Below, in pieces: positions 45,979 through 54,469 of a stretch of DNA of 64,000 nt. This stretch comes from Negativicutes bacterium. Its GTDB lineage: Bacteria; Bacillota; Negativicutes; UBA1444. The translations under genes and the position numbers were made by a program. Every line of letters begins with the position of its first letter. Positions within the stretch are counted from its first letter, which is position 1. Under the pieces are notes generated by a model. It ran no database searches. It was not told where the DNA came from and saw only the letters and a program-made list of their open reading frames with translations. The stretch covers positions 32,001 to 96,000 of the forward strand of contig CAXXIN010000001.1 in the NCBI GenBank assembly GCA_963665275.2. Reading direction: 5' to 3'.

Positions 45979-46300
45979 AAATCTAGAAATGCGGAGATAG
46001 TTGGCGAAGATGCTTTGACCCATGTTAAATAATACCCCCCCCACAACCGCAAACATTTTGGTAAGCGAAGGATACGAATCGACACCACGCCTGCATTCTT
46101 ACAAGGGCCGCCGTCAGATCAGAACAATTTGTCAAAGTTGTAGTTGGTTTTCCAGGAACTCTCTCGGCGGTGTTATTGTAAGATTAAGGATAATTACGTA
46201 TTGAAAAGGGGTGGCTTATTGGTGACAACACAGAACAGAGCAGGGCCATAGACCGGCTTCATACGATCAAAAAGGAAATGAATGAAAGGAGAGGCCCATC

Positions 46301-46495
46301 ATGAAAAAACCAATCGTCATACCCCATTACGAAGACCAGGACATTCTCTCAGCCGTTGAGGCGGCGCAGTACATGAAGGTTTCAAAAGACACCGTTTACA
46401 CCCTCGTTGCCGAAAATAAAATTCCGCACCGCTATGTTGGTCGGCAGGTCAGGTTCCCGTTCTGGTTGCTCAAGGCCTGGATGGAAGGGGATTAG
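46301..46495 (+). CDS. excisionase-like HTH protein
   Basis: LSAVEAAQYMKVSKDTVY.L....IP...VGRQVRF. Confidence 0.85.
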   Translation: MKKPIVIPHYEDQDILSAVEAAQYMKVSKDTVYTLVAENKIPHRYVGRQVRFPFWLLKAWMEGD

Positions 46496-46637
46496 GTGTT
46501 CACCGATGGCGTACAAAGAAACTGTTGAATCTTCAGTGGCGCAGAGACAATAGGCCTCATTGTGAAAATCGGCGCCACCACTTTCGGTCAGAGATCCGAG
46601 CGATCAACGAGATTTGACTTGGGAAGGAGCAATAACC

Positions 46638-46808
46638 ATGGCAGTTTATAGAGGAGAAATCATCTGGGTCGAAGAGTTTGGCACGAAACCGCGAAGCGAG
46701 GTTTTCGCCAAGCTCATGAAGATACTGGAAGACGGCTATGCAAAGCAGTTGTTGGAGAAAGACGCGAAAAGGGCAGCAGAAGAAGCGGCGCGAGAATCGA
46801 TTACCTAA
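46638..46808 (+). CDS. hypothetical protein
   Basis: AAGGAG RBS; followed by a hairpin at 46820-46847. Confidence 0.55.
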   Translation: MAVYRGEIIWVEEFGTKPRSEVFAKLMKILEDGYAKQLLEKDAKRAAEEAARESIT

Positions 46809-46937
46809 AACTAGAAAAGCCCGGCCCCTGTTTTAACAGGGGCCGGGTCAATCGATCAAAGCAGAATTGAATGAAACTGATATGTATATTTTGATTGTAA
46901 TAGAGATATCGGGTGAAAAGAAAGGGGATATATTTTT

Positions 46938-47198
46938 ATGATCGACTGGCAGGAAATTGAAGCACTGGGCACGGAAGCGGAGCAGCTCGCCACGATGGCG
47001 CAAACGGTAGAGGATGCCATAGCGTATGGGCCTTTTACCGAAAAGACTTATCACGGGGCATTGTCCCTGCTCACAGCGCTTATACACCAACATGCGCAAA
47101 AAATTAATGTGGTATTGCATGCAGAATTGAATGAACTGAAATCGAAAAAGAAAGAAAGGCCGTCAATGGTACGGGATACCGCGGCAGCCTCGCAATAA
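46938..47198 (+). CDS. hypothetical protein
   Basis: AAGGGG RBS, helical. Confidence 0.6.
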   Translation: MIDWQEIEALGTEAEQLATMAQTVEDAIAYGPFTEKTYHGALSLLTALIHQHAQKINVVLHAELNELKSKKKERPSMVRDTAAASQ

Positions 47199-47257
47199 TA
47201 AATATAGTATGGGCGGCTGCTGTCATGCGCCCCCACCATTTTGAAAGGGAGATTATT

Positions 47258-47890
47258 GTGAAACTGATTTGTACGACGGTAGAACCTATCCAATTCAAGG
47301 TTGAGTTTGACTTTGCTACGCATTACCTTCAGGGATTTATTAGGAATCTGCAGCAATTCATTGGTTCCGGCAATATAGACCGCGACGCATTGAAGCGATC
47401 GGTGTTCTATGGCGTGAAGTATGTCGCAGGCAATATAAAAGCCAACAACTCGCAACGAATGCTGGGCCTTGTCACTGGCGTGAAAGTGGCAATTGCGGAG
47501 CTTACACCTGCCGAATTGATTACCATATTCCCCATAACAAAGACATACGATGGGGATCGGACGAAAAGCAAGGATTACTTCTATTCGATAGACCGGCTGA
47601 AGAAACACGGCCTGCAGACCATCATCGGCGATGCGGTGGATGATTTGCTATGGGATATTAGGAATTTGGATCTTGAGCTTTTCACGGTTCGTTGCATGAC
47701 ATTGGTCGACGAGTTGCGCCGGATGGAAGGGAAGCCGGGAATAATTGAGGAATTCTACGGCATTCAACCAAAGTATCTGTGCAAGGATGAGCGCGGCAAA
47801 GAGTTTATGTTTGATCCTGCGACGGGCAAAACCGCAAAGGTGAAAGCGAAGATACGTTTGCACATTGTTGCAAAAAAAGGAAATCATTAA
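47258..47890 (+). CDS. hypothetical phage-associated protein
   Basis: AAGGGAG RBS; TP.EL...FPI.K.YDG....KDYF pattern that I recall from Firmicute phage proteins. Confidence 0.65.
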   Translation: MKLICTTVEPIQFKVEFDFATHYLQGFIRNLQQFIGSGNIDRDALKRSVFYGVKYVAGNIKANNSQRMLGLVTGVKVAIAELTPAELITIFPITKTYDGDRTKSKDYFYSIDRLKKHGLQTIIGDAVDDLLWDIRNLDLELFTVRCMTLVDELRRMEGKPGIIEEFYGIQPKYLCKDERGKEFMFDPATGKTAKVKAKIRLHIVAKKGNH

Positions 47891-48055
47891 ACGAATACTC
47901 TCCATCAGTGGTGAGTATTCGTACTACACGCCGAGTAATCGCTTTGCAACTTCCTGCAAAATGCTTCGCAGGATGAATTCCAAGTTGAGAAAAACACAGT
48001 GCTGGGGGAAACGAAGAGGAGAAATGGCATAGGATCAAAACAGGAGGTGAATTTG

Positions 48056-49261
48056 ATGGCAAAGCAAAAACCGAAACCCGAAGGACCAGAAACACGAAGA
48101 GGGCATGGTGAAGGAAGTTGGTTGTATCTTGATGATCTGGACAAATGGCAGTTCAGGGTATCAGCCAAAACACCGGATGGTATCACAAAACGGTTTGCAG
48201 TGACAGCATCTACTAAAGGCGAATGCAGGGAGCTTGCTAAGACCCGGACGGAGCAGATCGAAAAAGGGATCGGGTTGAACATTGATACGAAGAATATCAC
48301 AGTTACAGAGTACTTGGAACGTTGGATTGTCGACTACTCAGACCCAGATACTTCTGCATCAACCAAGAGAATATACCGGTCGGTGATTAAGAATCAACTA
48401 GCAGGGGCGATTGGCGCAATTCCCTTGAAAAAGCTGCAGCGAGCTGCATGCCAAAGACACTTCAACAATTTGGCCAAGAGTGGATTGGCTTCAGCGACAG
48501 TTTCATTGGCGCATACGGTACTGCGTGCAGCGTTGAAGCAGGCTGTAAGGGACAGGATCATTGCGGAAAACCCAGCAAGTGAACTGAAGCTGGCACAGAT
48601 TAAAAACGCGCCCAGGATGGCCTACGCATCGGAAGAGGTTTCCAAGATTCTGAAGCTGGCAGAGAATCATGAATTGCGTATCGGCTTTCATCTTCTCTTT
48701 GGGCTTGCTCTACGCGAAGGCGAGATGTTAGGCCTGAAATGGAAAAGGGTTGAACTTCCGGAAGCACAGCGCGATCAGAATGGCCAGATGGAAGGAAAAG
48801 TTCATATCGTAGAGCAGTTGAACAGAAATAAGGGCGAAACCTACGCTTCCCTAAAAACGGAGGAATCTGAACGGACCTTGCCAATATCGCCAGCGCTGGT
48901 CATTGAGCTACGAGCACAGATGCTTCGTCAAAAAGCAACGCTGTTAAAAGCCGGCATAGCCTGGAACGAAGATTTCCCTGTATTATCTGATGCGATTGGC
49001 GGACCGGTCAGGCATACGATTTTTTTGGCAGCATACAAGGAAGTTATGCAAGCTGCTGGTCTGAAAACTACCGGGACGCATGACGCCAGACACACACGAT
49101 TAACTATGTTGGCCAATAGCGGGATGGACCCCAAAACCCTGTCGAGATTCGCAGGGCATGCCGATGTCGCTTTCACACTGAATGTATATGTAACACCATC
49201 GGACGAGAAGGCTGCTGCGGCGGTCAATCAATTGGATCAAGTCATTTATAAGGCAAAATAA
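48056..49261 (+). CDS. int: tyrosine integrase
   Basis: N-terminal arm-binding RRGHGEGS; catalytic R (LREGE), K (LKT), HDAR, GH and Y (NVY) all present; GGAGG RBS. Confidence 0.95.
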   Translation: MAKQKPKPEGPETRRGHGEGSWLYLDDLDKWQFRVSAKTPDGITKRFAVTASTKGECRELAKTRTEQIEKGIGLNIDTKNITVTEYLERWIVDYSDPDTSASTKRIYRSVIKNQLAGAIGAIPLKKLQRAACQRHFNNLAKSGLASATVSLAHTVLRAALKQAVRDRIIAENPASELKLAQIKNAPRMAYASEEVSKILKLAENHELRIGFHLLFGLALREGEMLGLKWKRVELPEAQRDQNGQMEGKVHIVEQLNRNKGETYASLKTEESERTLPISPALVIELRAQMLRQKATLLKAGIAWNEDFPVLSDAIGGPVRHTIFLAAYKEVMQAAGLKTTGTHDARHTRLTMLANSGMDPKTLSRFAGHADVAFTLNVYVTPSDEKAAAAVNQLDQVIYKAK

Positions 49262-49286
49262 AATCGTTTTGGTAATCGTTTTGGTA
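49262..49286 (+). repeat. integrase arm-type sites, right
   Basis: Tandem AATCGTTTTGGT x2, containing GTTTTGGTA at 49266 and 49278. Confidence 0.72.
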
Positions 49287-49332
49287 GTTTGAAAACACAG
49301 GCACGCGCAAAGCCTATAATATAAAGCCTCAA

Positions 49333-49359
49333 TTGTTATGGAAATGTTAAGGTTGGGTT
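49333..49359 (+). repeat. attR core
   Basis: Identical to 29723-29749; about 70 bp after the int stop. Confidence 0.93.
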
Positions 49360-49406
49360 AACATCATTCCGGAAGCATTGCGACCGCGCTGGTGATTCGT
49401 TATTAT
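49334..49406 (+). promoter_or_regulatory. pstS promoter with upstream inverted Pho-box-like site
   Basis: Minus strand TTAACC-N5-TTAACA-N5-ATAACA (49361-49334); plus strand TTGCGA-N17-TATTAT (49378-49406). Confidence 0.7.
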
Positions 49407-49456
49407 GAAAACAGGGAAAATAAATTTGCGAACATATGATGGGAGGAAGAATTCAA

Positions 49457-50320
49457 ATGAACATGAAAAAAGGCTTAACGCTGGGGCTGTCCATAGTTGT
49501 GGCGGCAACATTACTGGTAGGGTGCGGCGGGGCTCCCGAAAAAAAAGCGGAAGCGCCGAAACCAGCAGCTGAAATTACCGGTACTGTTAAAGCTTCGGGC
49601 TCTACTGCCCTGCTGCCGTTGTTAAAAGCTGGCCAGGAAGAGTTTCAGAAGAAAAACGCTAAAGTTACGATCAATATCGCCGGCGGCGGATCTTTCACCG
49701 GTCAGAACCAAGTTGCCAGCGGCGCCGTTGATATTGGCAACTCCGACGTGGCACTCGACACGAAGTTGAACGACAAAGGTCTGGTTGAACATAAACTTGT
49801 GGGAATCCCGTTTGTATTTGTAGTCAACAAAGATGTCGCAGTAGATAACCTCACAACAGCGCAATACATGGGAATCATGACAGGGAAAATCACTAACTGG
49901 AAGGATGTTGGCGGACAAGATCTCAAGATCACCTTGATCCATCGTGCGCCATCATCAGGTTCACGCGCTACCATTCAAGCCTTGGTTCTCAAGGAAAACA
50001 AATTTACTGATAATGCAGTAATCCAGGATTCCAACGGCGCCGTCCGGGCCGCAATTGCCAGCACTGCCGGCGGATTCGGTTATGTCGATGCCGCTTATGC
50101 TGACGCAACAGTGAAGATGCTGGCCGTCGATGGGGTCAAATACTCTCTGGCTGACGTTGCCAGCGGCAAATACAAAATCCTCACCTTTGGCCGCATGTAC
50201 ACGAAAGGACAACCGACCGGCGCTGTCAAAGCCTTCATCGATTTCGTGACAGGCAAGGACTTCCAGGAATCCTATGCTGAGAAGAATGGTTTTGTTCCTC
50301 TCACCAAAATGCCCAAGTAA
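49457..50320 (+). CDS. pstS: phosphate ABC transporter substrate-binding lipoprotein
   Basis: Lipobox LVGC, SGSTAL, GGGSFTG, DIGNSD, R..SSGSR. Confidence 0.92.
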   Translation: MNMKKGLTLGLSIVVAATLLVGCGGAPEKKAEAPKPAAEITGTVKASGSTALLPLLKAGQEEFQKKNAKVTINIAGGGSFTGQNQVASGAVDIGNSDVALDTKLNDKGLVEHKLVGIPFVFVVNKDVAVDNLTTAQYMGIMTGKITNWKDVGGQDLKITLIHRAPSSGSRATIQALVLKENKFTDNAVIQDSNGAVRAAIASTAGGFGYVDAAYADATVKMLAVDGVKYSLADVASGKYKILTFGRMYTKGQPTGAVKAFIDFVTGKDFQESYAEKNGFVPLTKMPK

Positions 50321-50433
50321 AAGTTTCCCAACGGAGTGTTGAAGGTGTATGCCGGTAGTGCCTTAAGGCCTCCGGCGTACACTTGTTTTTAAAAGAATGC
50401 GGGATAAAAATCCCTGGAAAAGGTGTGAAGAGA

Positions 50434-51330
50434 GTGAGTTCCATATCAGGAACGCAAACAACAGATCTTCGGTTGGCCTATGATCGATATATTCGCTATC
50501 TGTTTCTCGCCAGTGCAATCCTTATGTCGGTCATTGTACTCTCGATCCTGTTTTTCATGGGTCAACAGGGATTGCAGACCTTTCGGGAAGTGAGTTTCAG
50601 CGAATTTTTCTTCTCGACGAAATGGGATCCGATGGATGAAAAATTCGGGGCGGCCAGTTTTATCGTAGGATCGATATATGCCGCTATTCTTGCGGTGCTG
50701 TTCGGTGCGCCGCTGGGCCTCGCCGGTGCTGTCTTCATGGCCAAGGTGGCGCCCAAGAGGGTGCGTGATATCATGCGTCCGGCCAATGACCTGTATGTGG
50801 CGATTCCGTCGGTCGTTTACGGTTATCTGGGATTGACGGTGCTGGTCCCGTTTCTGCGGGATGATTTGAAACTCGGCATGGGGTTCGGGCTGTTTGCGGC
50901 GGGTCTGATTCTGGGAATCATGATTTTGCCGACCGTGATCAGTATTTCCGAAGATGCCCTGCGCTCGGTTCCGGCTTCTCTGGAAGAGGCTTCAGTGGCT
51001 CTGGGCGCCACCCGTTGGCAGACCATATGGCATGTTCTCATTCCCGCGGCTTTGCCCGGAATTCTGACGGCGATTATTTTGGCGTTGGCGCGCGCTATTG
51101 GCGAAACCATGGCAGTTCAAATGGTTATTGGCAACACGCCGCTTCTGGCTAAATCACTATTCAATCCGACATCTACTCTGACGAGCGAAATCGTCGTGGA
51201 GATGGGGAATGCCCCCTTTAATTCGGCTTATGGAAACTCGCTGTTTTTGATGGCTTTGGTTTTATTGGTTATTTCTCTGCTGTTGATCGTAGCGATCCGC
51301 GGGTTGATCCGGAAGGGAGAGGCAGCATGA
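50434..51330 (+). CDS. pstC: phosphate ABC transporter permease
   Basis: IPSVVYG, EAS.ALGAT, RAIGETMAV.MVIGN. Confidence 0.93.
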   Translation: MSSISGTQTTDLRLAYDRYIRYLFLASAILMSVIVLSILFFMGQQGLQTFREVSFSEFFFSTKWDPMDEKFGAASFIVGSIYAAILAVLFGAPLGLAGAVFMAKVAPKRVRDIMRPANDLYVAIPSVVYGYLGLTVLVPFLRDDLKLGMGFGLFAAGLILGIMILPTVISISEDALRSVPASLEEASVALGATRWQTIWHVLIPAALPGILTAIILALARAIGETMAVQMVIGNTPLLAKSLFNPTSTLTSEIVVEMGNAPFNSAYGNSLFLMALVLLVISLLLIVAIRGLIRKGEAA

Positions 51331-52184
51331 ATGCAAAGCAGATCGACCGATTGGTGACAGTCGTCCTCTGGGGGGCTGGAGTGATCATCATTGGAGTGCT
51401 GACTGTTTTTCTTGGATATATCTTGTTCAAGGGAGTGCCGGTTCTTAGCGGCCACTTTATTTTCGGTCAGTCCAGCGATACCTCCGCCGGGAGCGGGGTC
51501 GGCGCCCAACTCTTCAATACATTCTATATTTTATTTTTGTCGCTGATTGTATCAACTCCGATTGCGATCGGCGCAGGAATCTACTTGGCGGAATACAGCG
51601 CACGCGGCCGGTTGGCGGACATGATCCGGCTCAGCGTCGAATGTCTGGCATCAGTGCCCTCTATTGTACTCGGTTTGTTCGGGATGATTATTTTCATCAA
51701 TCTGATGGGCTTTGGCATCAGTCTCGGAGTTGGTGCGATGACACTGGCATTGATGAATCTGCCGATTATCGTGCGCGTGACGGAAGAGTCGCTGAAAACG
51801 GTGCCCCGAGAATACCGCGAAGCGAGTCTAGCGCTTGGCGCCACCAAATGGCAGACCATCGCCCGGGTTGTGCTGCCTGCGGCCATGCCAGGGATTGTCA
51901 CGGGAATTACCCTGACCGCCGGCAGGGCTGTTGGGGAAACGGCTATTTTGATTTTCACGGCGGGAACTACCGCCTCCCGCATGATACCAGACTTTTCTCT
52001 GTCAGCAGGCGGCGAGACGCTGGCTGTTCACATGTGGTACGTCATGGCCATCGGACTTGTGCCTGATCGCATTGACATCGCCAACGGAACTGGTGCATTA
52101 TTGATTATCGTGATCCTGATGTTCAATCTGGTTCTGGCATCCAGCAGCAAATACTTCCGCAAATGGATGACTGGCGTGCAGTAG
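51327..52184 (+). CDS. pstA: phosphate ABC transporter permease
   Basis: IYLAEY, VPSIVLGLFG, GRAVGETA. Confidence 0.93.
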   Translation: MNAKQIDRLVTVVLWGAGVIIIGVLTVFLGYILFKGVPVLSGHFIFGQSSDTSAGSGVGAQLFNTFYILFLSLIVSTPIAIGAGIYLAEYSARGRLADMIRLSVECLASVPSIVLGLFGMIIFINLMGFGISLGVGAMTLALMNLPIIVRVTEESLKTVPREYREASLALGATKWQTIARVVLPAAMPGIVTGITLTAGRAVGETAILIFTAGTTASRMIPDFSLSAGGETLAVHMWYVMAIGLVPDRIDIANGTGALLIIVILMFNLVLASSSKYFRKWMTGVQ

Positions 52185-52215
52185 AAATGTAGTCCGCATC
52201 AGTGATTCAAAAATA

Positions 52216-52256
52216 AAAATCCCTCTCAGCCGGTTTTGGTTGGTGGGGATTTTTTT
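52216..52256 (+). terminator. terminator of pstSCA
   Basis: AAAATCCCTC...GTGGGGATTTTTTT. Confidence 0.7.
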
Positions 52257-52448
52257 AACATGTTCCAAAATAAAAACGGAAAAATGACGAAACGATAATA
52301 ATGAGTTATTTGTAATGCTTTCCCAAAGGTTTTTAATGGACTGTCGCGAAACTCTTATATAGAAGAAAGGATGGATGTTGCAGTTTCGACGAATTCGAAA
52401 CAGTAAGGTGGATTACCGACGACACGAAAAACAATAAGGGCAATGTAG

Positions 52449-52487
52449 CGGCTTGCGCTTGGAGTGAAGAAGCGGGGCCGATTTTTT
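52449..52487 (+). terminator. leader terminator upstream of an MCP
   Basis: CGGCTTGCGCTT...AAGCGGGGCCG-ATTTTTT. Confidence 0.55.
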
Positions 52488-52580
52488 ATCTCCAAATAAT
52501 AATTGTAAAATTCTTAATATTAACCCGCGCAGTCCAGGCTACAGTGCCCAGAAAAAGACAAACAGGAAGATATATGAAGG

Positions 52581-54335
52581 ATGGTTAGGAAAATGAAACT
52601 AAAAGTGGGAGCAAAAATCGCTCTGGGGTTCGGGATCGTGCTGATAATCATGTTTGTTATGGGGGGATATTCCTATTATTCGTCGGAAGATACCCGAGTA
52701 CAACTGGCGGAGCTTGATCGGGCCAGTCAGCGCAGCGATGCGGCGGGGATCGCGAGGGATCATTATATCAATGGTGTATTGGCTGCCCGCGGGTATATGC
52801 TGTATGGGGACGAGTCGTTTGCCAAGACAACTATGGACCGGTTTGACGCCGCGCTGAAAGCGGCTGAAACGGTAAAAGCCAAAACAGTTCAGGCAGGAGT
52901 AAAGGCAGAAACAGACAAGATCATCGAGGCAATCAAAAAATATCGCGAGGGATTGGAAACCCGCCTATTTCCAGCAGTAAAGGCGTATCATCTGGAGAAG
53001 AAATCTCCGAATGTTGATATGGCAACACTGCGAAGGTTGGATGCCGGCTTCGTCAGTCTGGGAAATGATCTGCGGCCATTCACGGAAACAATTTCAAAGG
53101 GCATAGAGACGATCCAGGCCGAAGCGAATCAAGCGAATGATGAACGGTTGGCCAAGTTGCAGTCCAATGCGTTGGCTGTGGAAAGATTGATGCTGATTCT
53201 TACGTTGGTTGCACTTGGCATCGGCATTGGCATCAGCATTGTGTTGACACGCGGTATTACCCGCCCATTGTTGGCTATGCGGGGGAGGGTGGATGAGCTG
53301 GCCGAAGGCCATTTCAATAGGGATATCGAGAAAGCATTTCTGGAGCGGAGCGACGAGTTTGGTGAAATATCGCATTCGTTCGACAAGATGATTCGAAGTC
53401 TTCGCGGTTTGATTAAGCAAGTATCGCAGTCAGCCGAGCATTTGGCGGCTTCCAGCCAGGAGTTGACAGCCAGCGCGCAACAGTCGGCAGAGGCATCCAA
53501 CCAAGTTGCCGGTTCGATTACACAGATGGCGGAGGGATCGGAACGTCAGGTTACTGCAGTGAACGAAACATCAGCAGTGGTTGAAGAAATTTCGGCAACG
53601 ATCGAAGAAGTGGCGGCTACGGCGCAGGATATGGCCGGAGTGGCCGGCAAAACTTCCGCTGCGACAGCATCCGGCCAGATAGCGGTCGATTCGGCGGTGG
53701 CCCAGATGGCCAGTGTCGGTGAAGGATCGAAAAAAGCCAAGTCAGCGGCAGGAAACCTGGAAACGGGGTCCCGGCAAATTGCCGAGATCGTTGGGTTGAT
53801 TTCCAGTATCGCCGGGCAGACAAACCTGCTGGCTTTGAATGCGGCGATTGAAGCGGCTCGGGCTGGGGAAGCCGGTCGAGGGTTTGCCGTGGTGGCCGAG
53901 GAAGTGCGGAAATTAGCGGAACAGTCCGAACATGCGGCAACTCAGATCACTCAATTGATCGGCAAGAATGATGCCAACATCCGGAATGTGGTTGGCGTGG
54001 TGGATTCCACGATCAATGATATTGATCAGGGAATTAAGCTTGTTAACACTGCCGGCGCCGGTTTCGGCGAAATAGGCAAGTTGGTCAAAGATCTGTCACA
54101 GCAGGTGAATCAGATATCTACCGCGCTTAGTGAGGTTGCAACCGGCAGCGAACGCATTGTGCATTCGATCCGGGATGTGGAAAAAATCAGCCGTGCAGCA
54201 TCGGCAGAGGCCCAGAGTGTGTCGGCAGCCACAGAAGAGCAGTCCGCATCGACGGAGGAAATTGCTTCGTCCAGTCAGGCTTTGGCCAAGCTGGCTACTG
54301 ACCTGCAACATGCGATGACCAAGTTCCGCGTGTAA
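52581..54335 (+). CDS. methyl-accepting chemotaxis protein
   Basis: Two TMs, [24 protein letters not shown]. Confidence 0.95.
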   Translation: MVRKMKLKVGAKIALGFGIVLIIMFVMGGYSYYSSEDTRVQLAELDRASQRSDAAGIARDHYINGVLAARGYMLYGDESFAKTTMDRFDAALKAAETVKAKTVQAGVKAETDKIIEAIKKYREGLETRLFPAVKAYHLEKKSPNVDMATLRRLDAGFVSLGNDLRPFTETISKGIETIQAEANQANDERLAKLQSNALAVERLMLILTLVALGIGIGISIVLTRGITRPLLAMRGRVDELAEGHFNRDIEKAFLERSDEFGEISHSFDKMIRSLRGLIKQVSQSAEHLAASSQELTASAQQSAEASNQVAGSITQMAEGSERQVTAVNETSAVVEEISATIEEVAATAQDMAGVAGKTSAATASGQIAVDSAVAQMASVGEGSKKAKSAAGNLETGSRQIAEIVGLISSIAGQTNLLALNAAIEAARAGEAGRGFAVVAEEVRKLAEQSEHAATQITQLIGKNDANIRNVVGVVDSTINDIDQGIKLVNTAGAGFGEIGKLVKDLSQQVNQISTALSEVATGSERIVHSIRDVEKISRAASAEAQSVSAATEEQSASTEEIASSSQALAKLATDLQHAMTKFRV

Positions 54336-54363
54336 GTATGCGGTTAGTAATAATGGCTGCGAT

Positions 54364-54417
54364 GTTACAAAAACATAACAAAGGCTTAACAACCCCACAA
54401 TATATAAACGGTAAGAT
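54364..54417 (+). promoter_or_regulatory. Pho-box-like repeats and -10 of an MCP gene
   Basis: GTTACA-N5-ATAACA-N5-TTAACA, then 20 nt to TAAGAT. Confidence 0.7.
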
Positions 54418-54469
54418 AGGAGTGAGCGATCTGACATATAAAGTGTAGGAAATTGAAGGAGAGAAGTCG

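Larger units (their letters stand above)
29723..49359. mobile_element. integrated phage-satellite-like element (PICI-like), unit length 19610 bp
   Basis: 27-bp flanking direct repeat, tyrosine integrase next to attR, replication module, tape measure, cos-like site, TA systems; no recognisable capsid or terminase. Confidence 0.9.

Noticed and set aside
49289-49320. Element-borne outward promoter (TTGAAA...TATAAT) driving pstS
   Set aside because: Spacer is 20 nt, too long for sigmaA; a better promoter lies at 49378-49406
49300-49345. Pho-activated antisense promoter into int from attR
   Set aside because: No -10 hexamer at the 20-nt spacing seen at the other boxes; the nearest (TATATT) is off by one
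29723-49359. Complete prophage or conjugative element
   Set aside because: No recognisable capsid, portal, terminase, tail tube, lysin, relaxase or T4SS genes. A degraded prophage is not fully excluded, but intact ORFs and att sites argue against it
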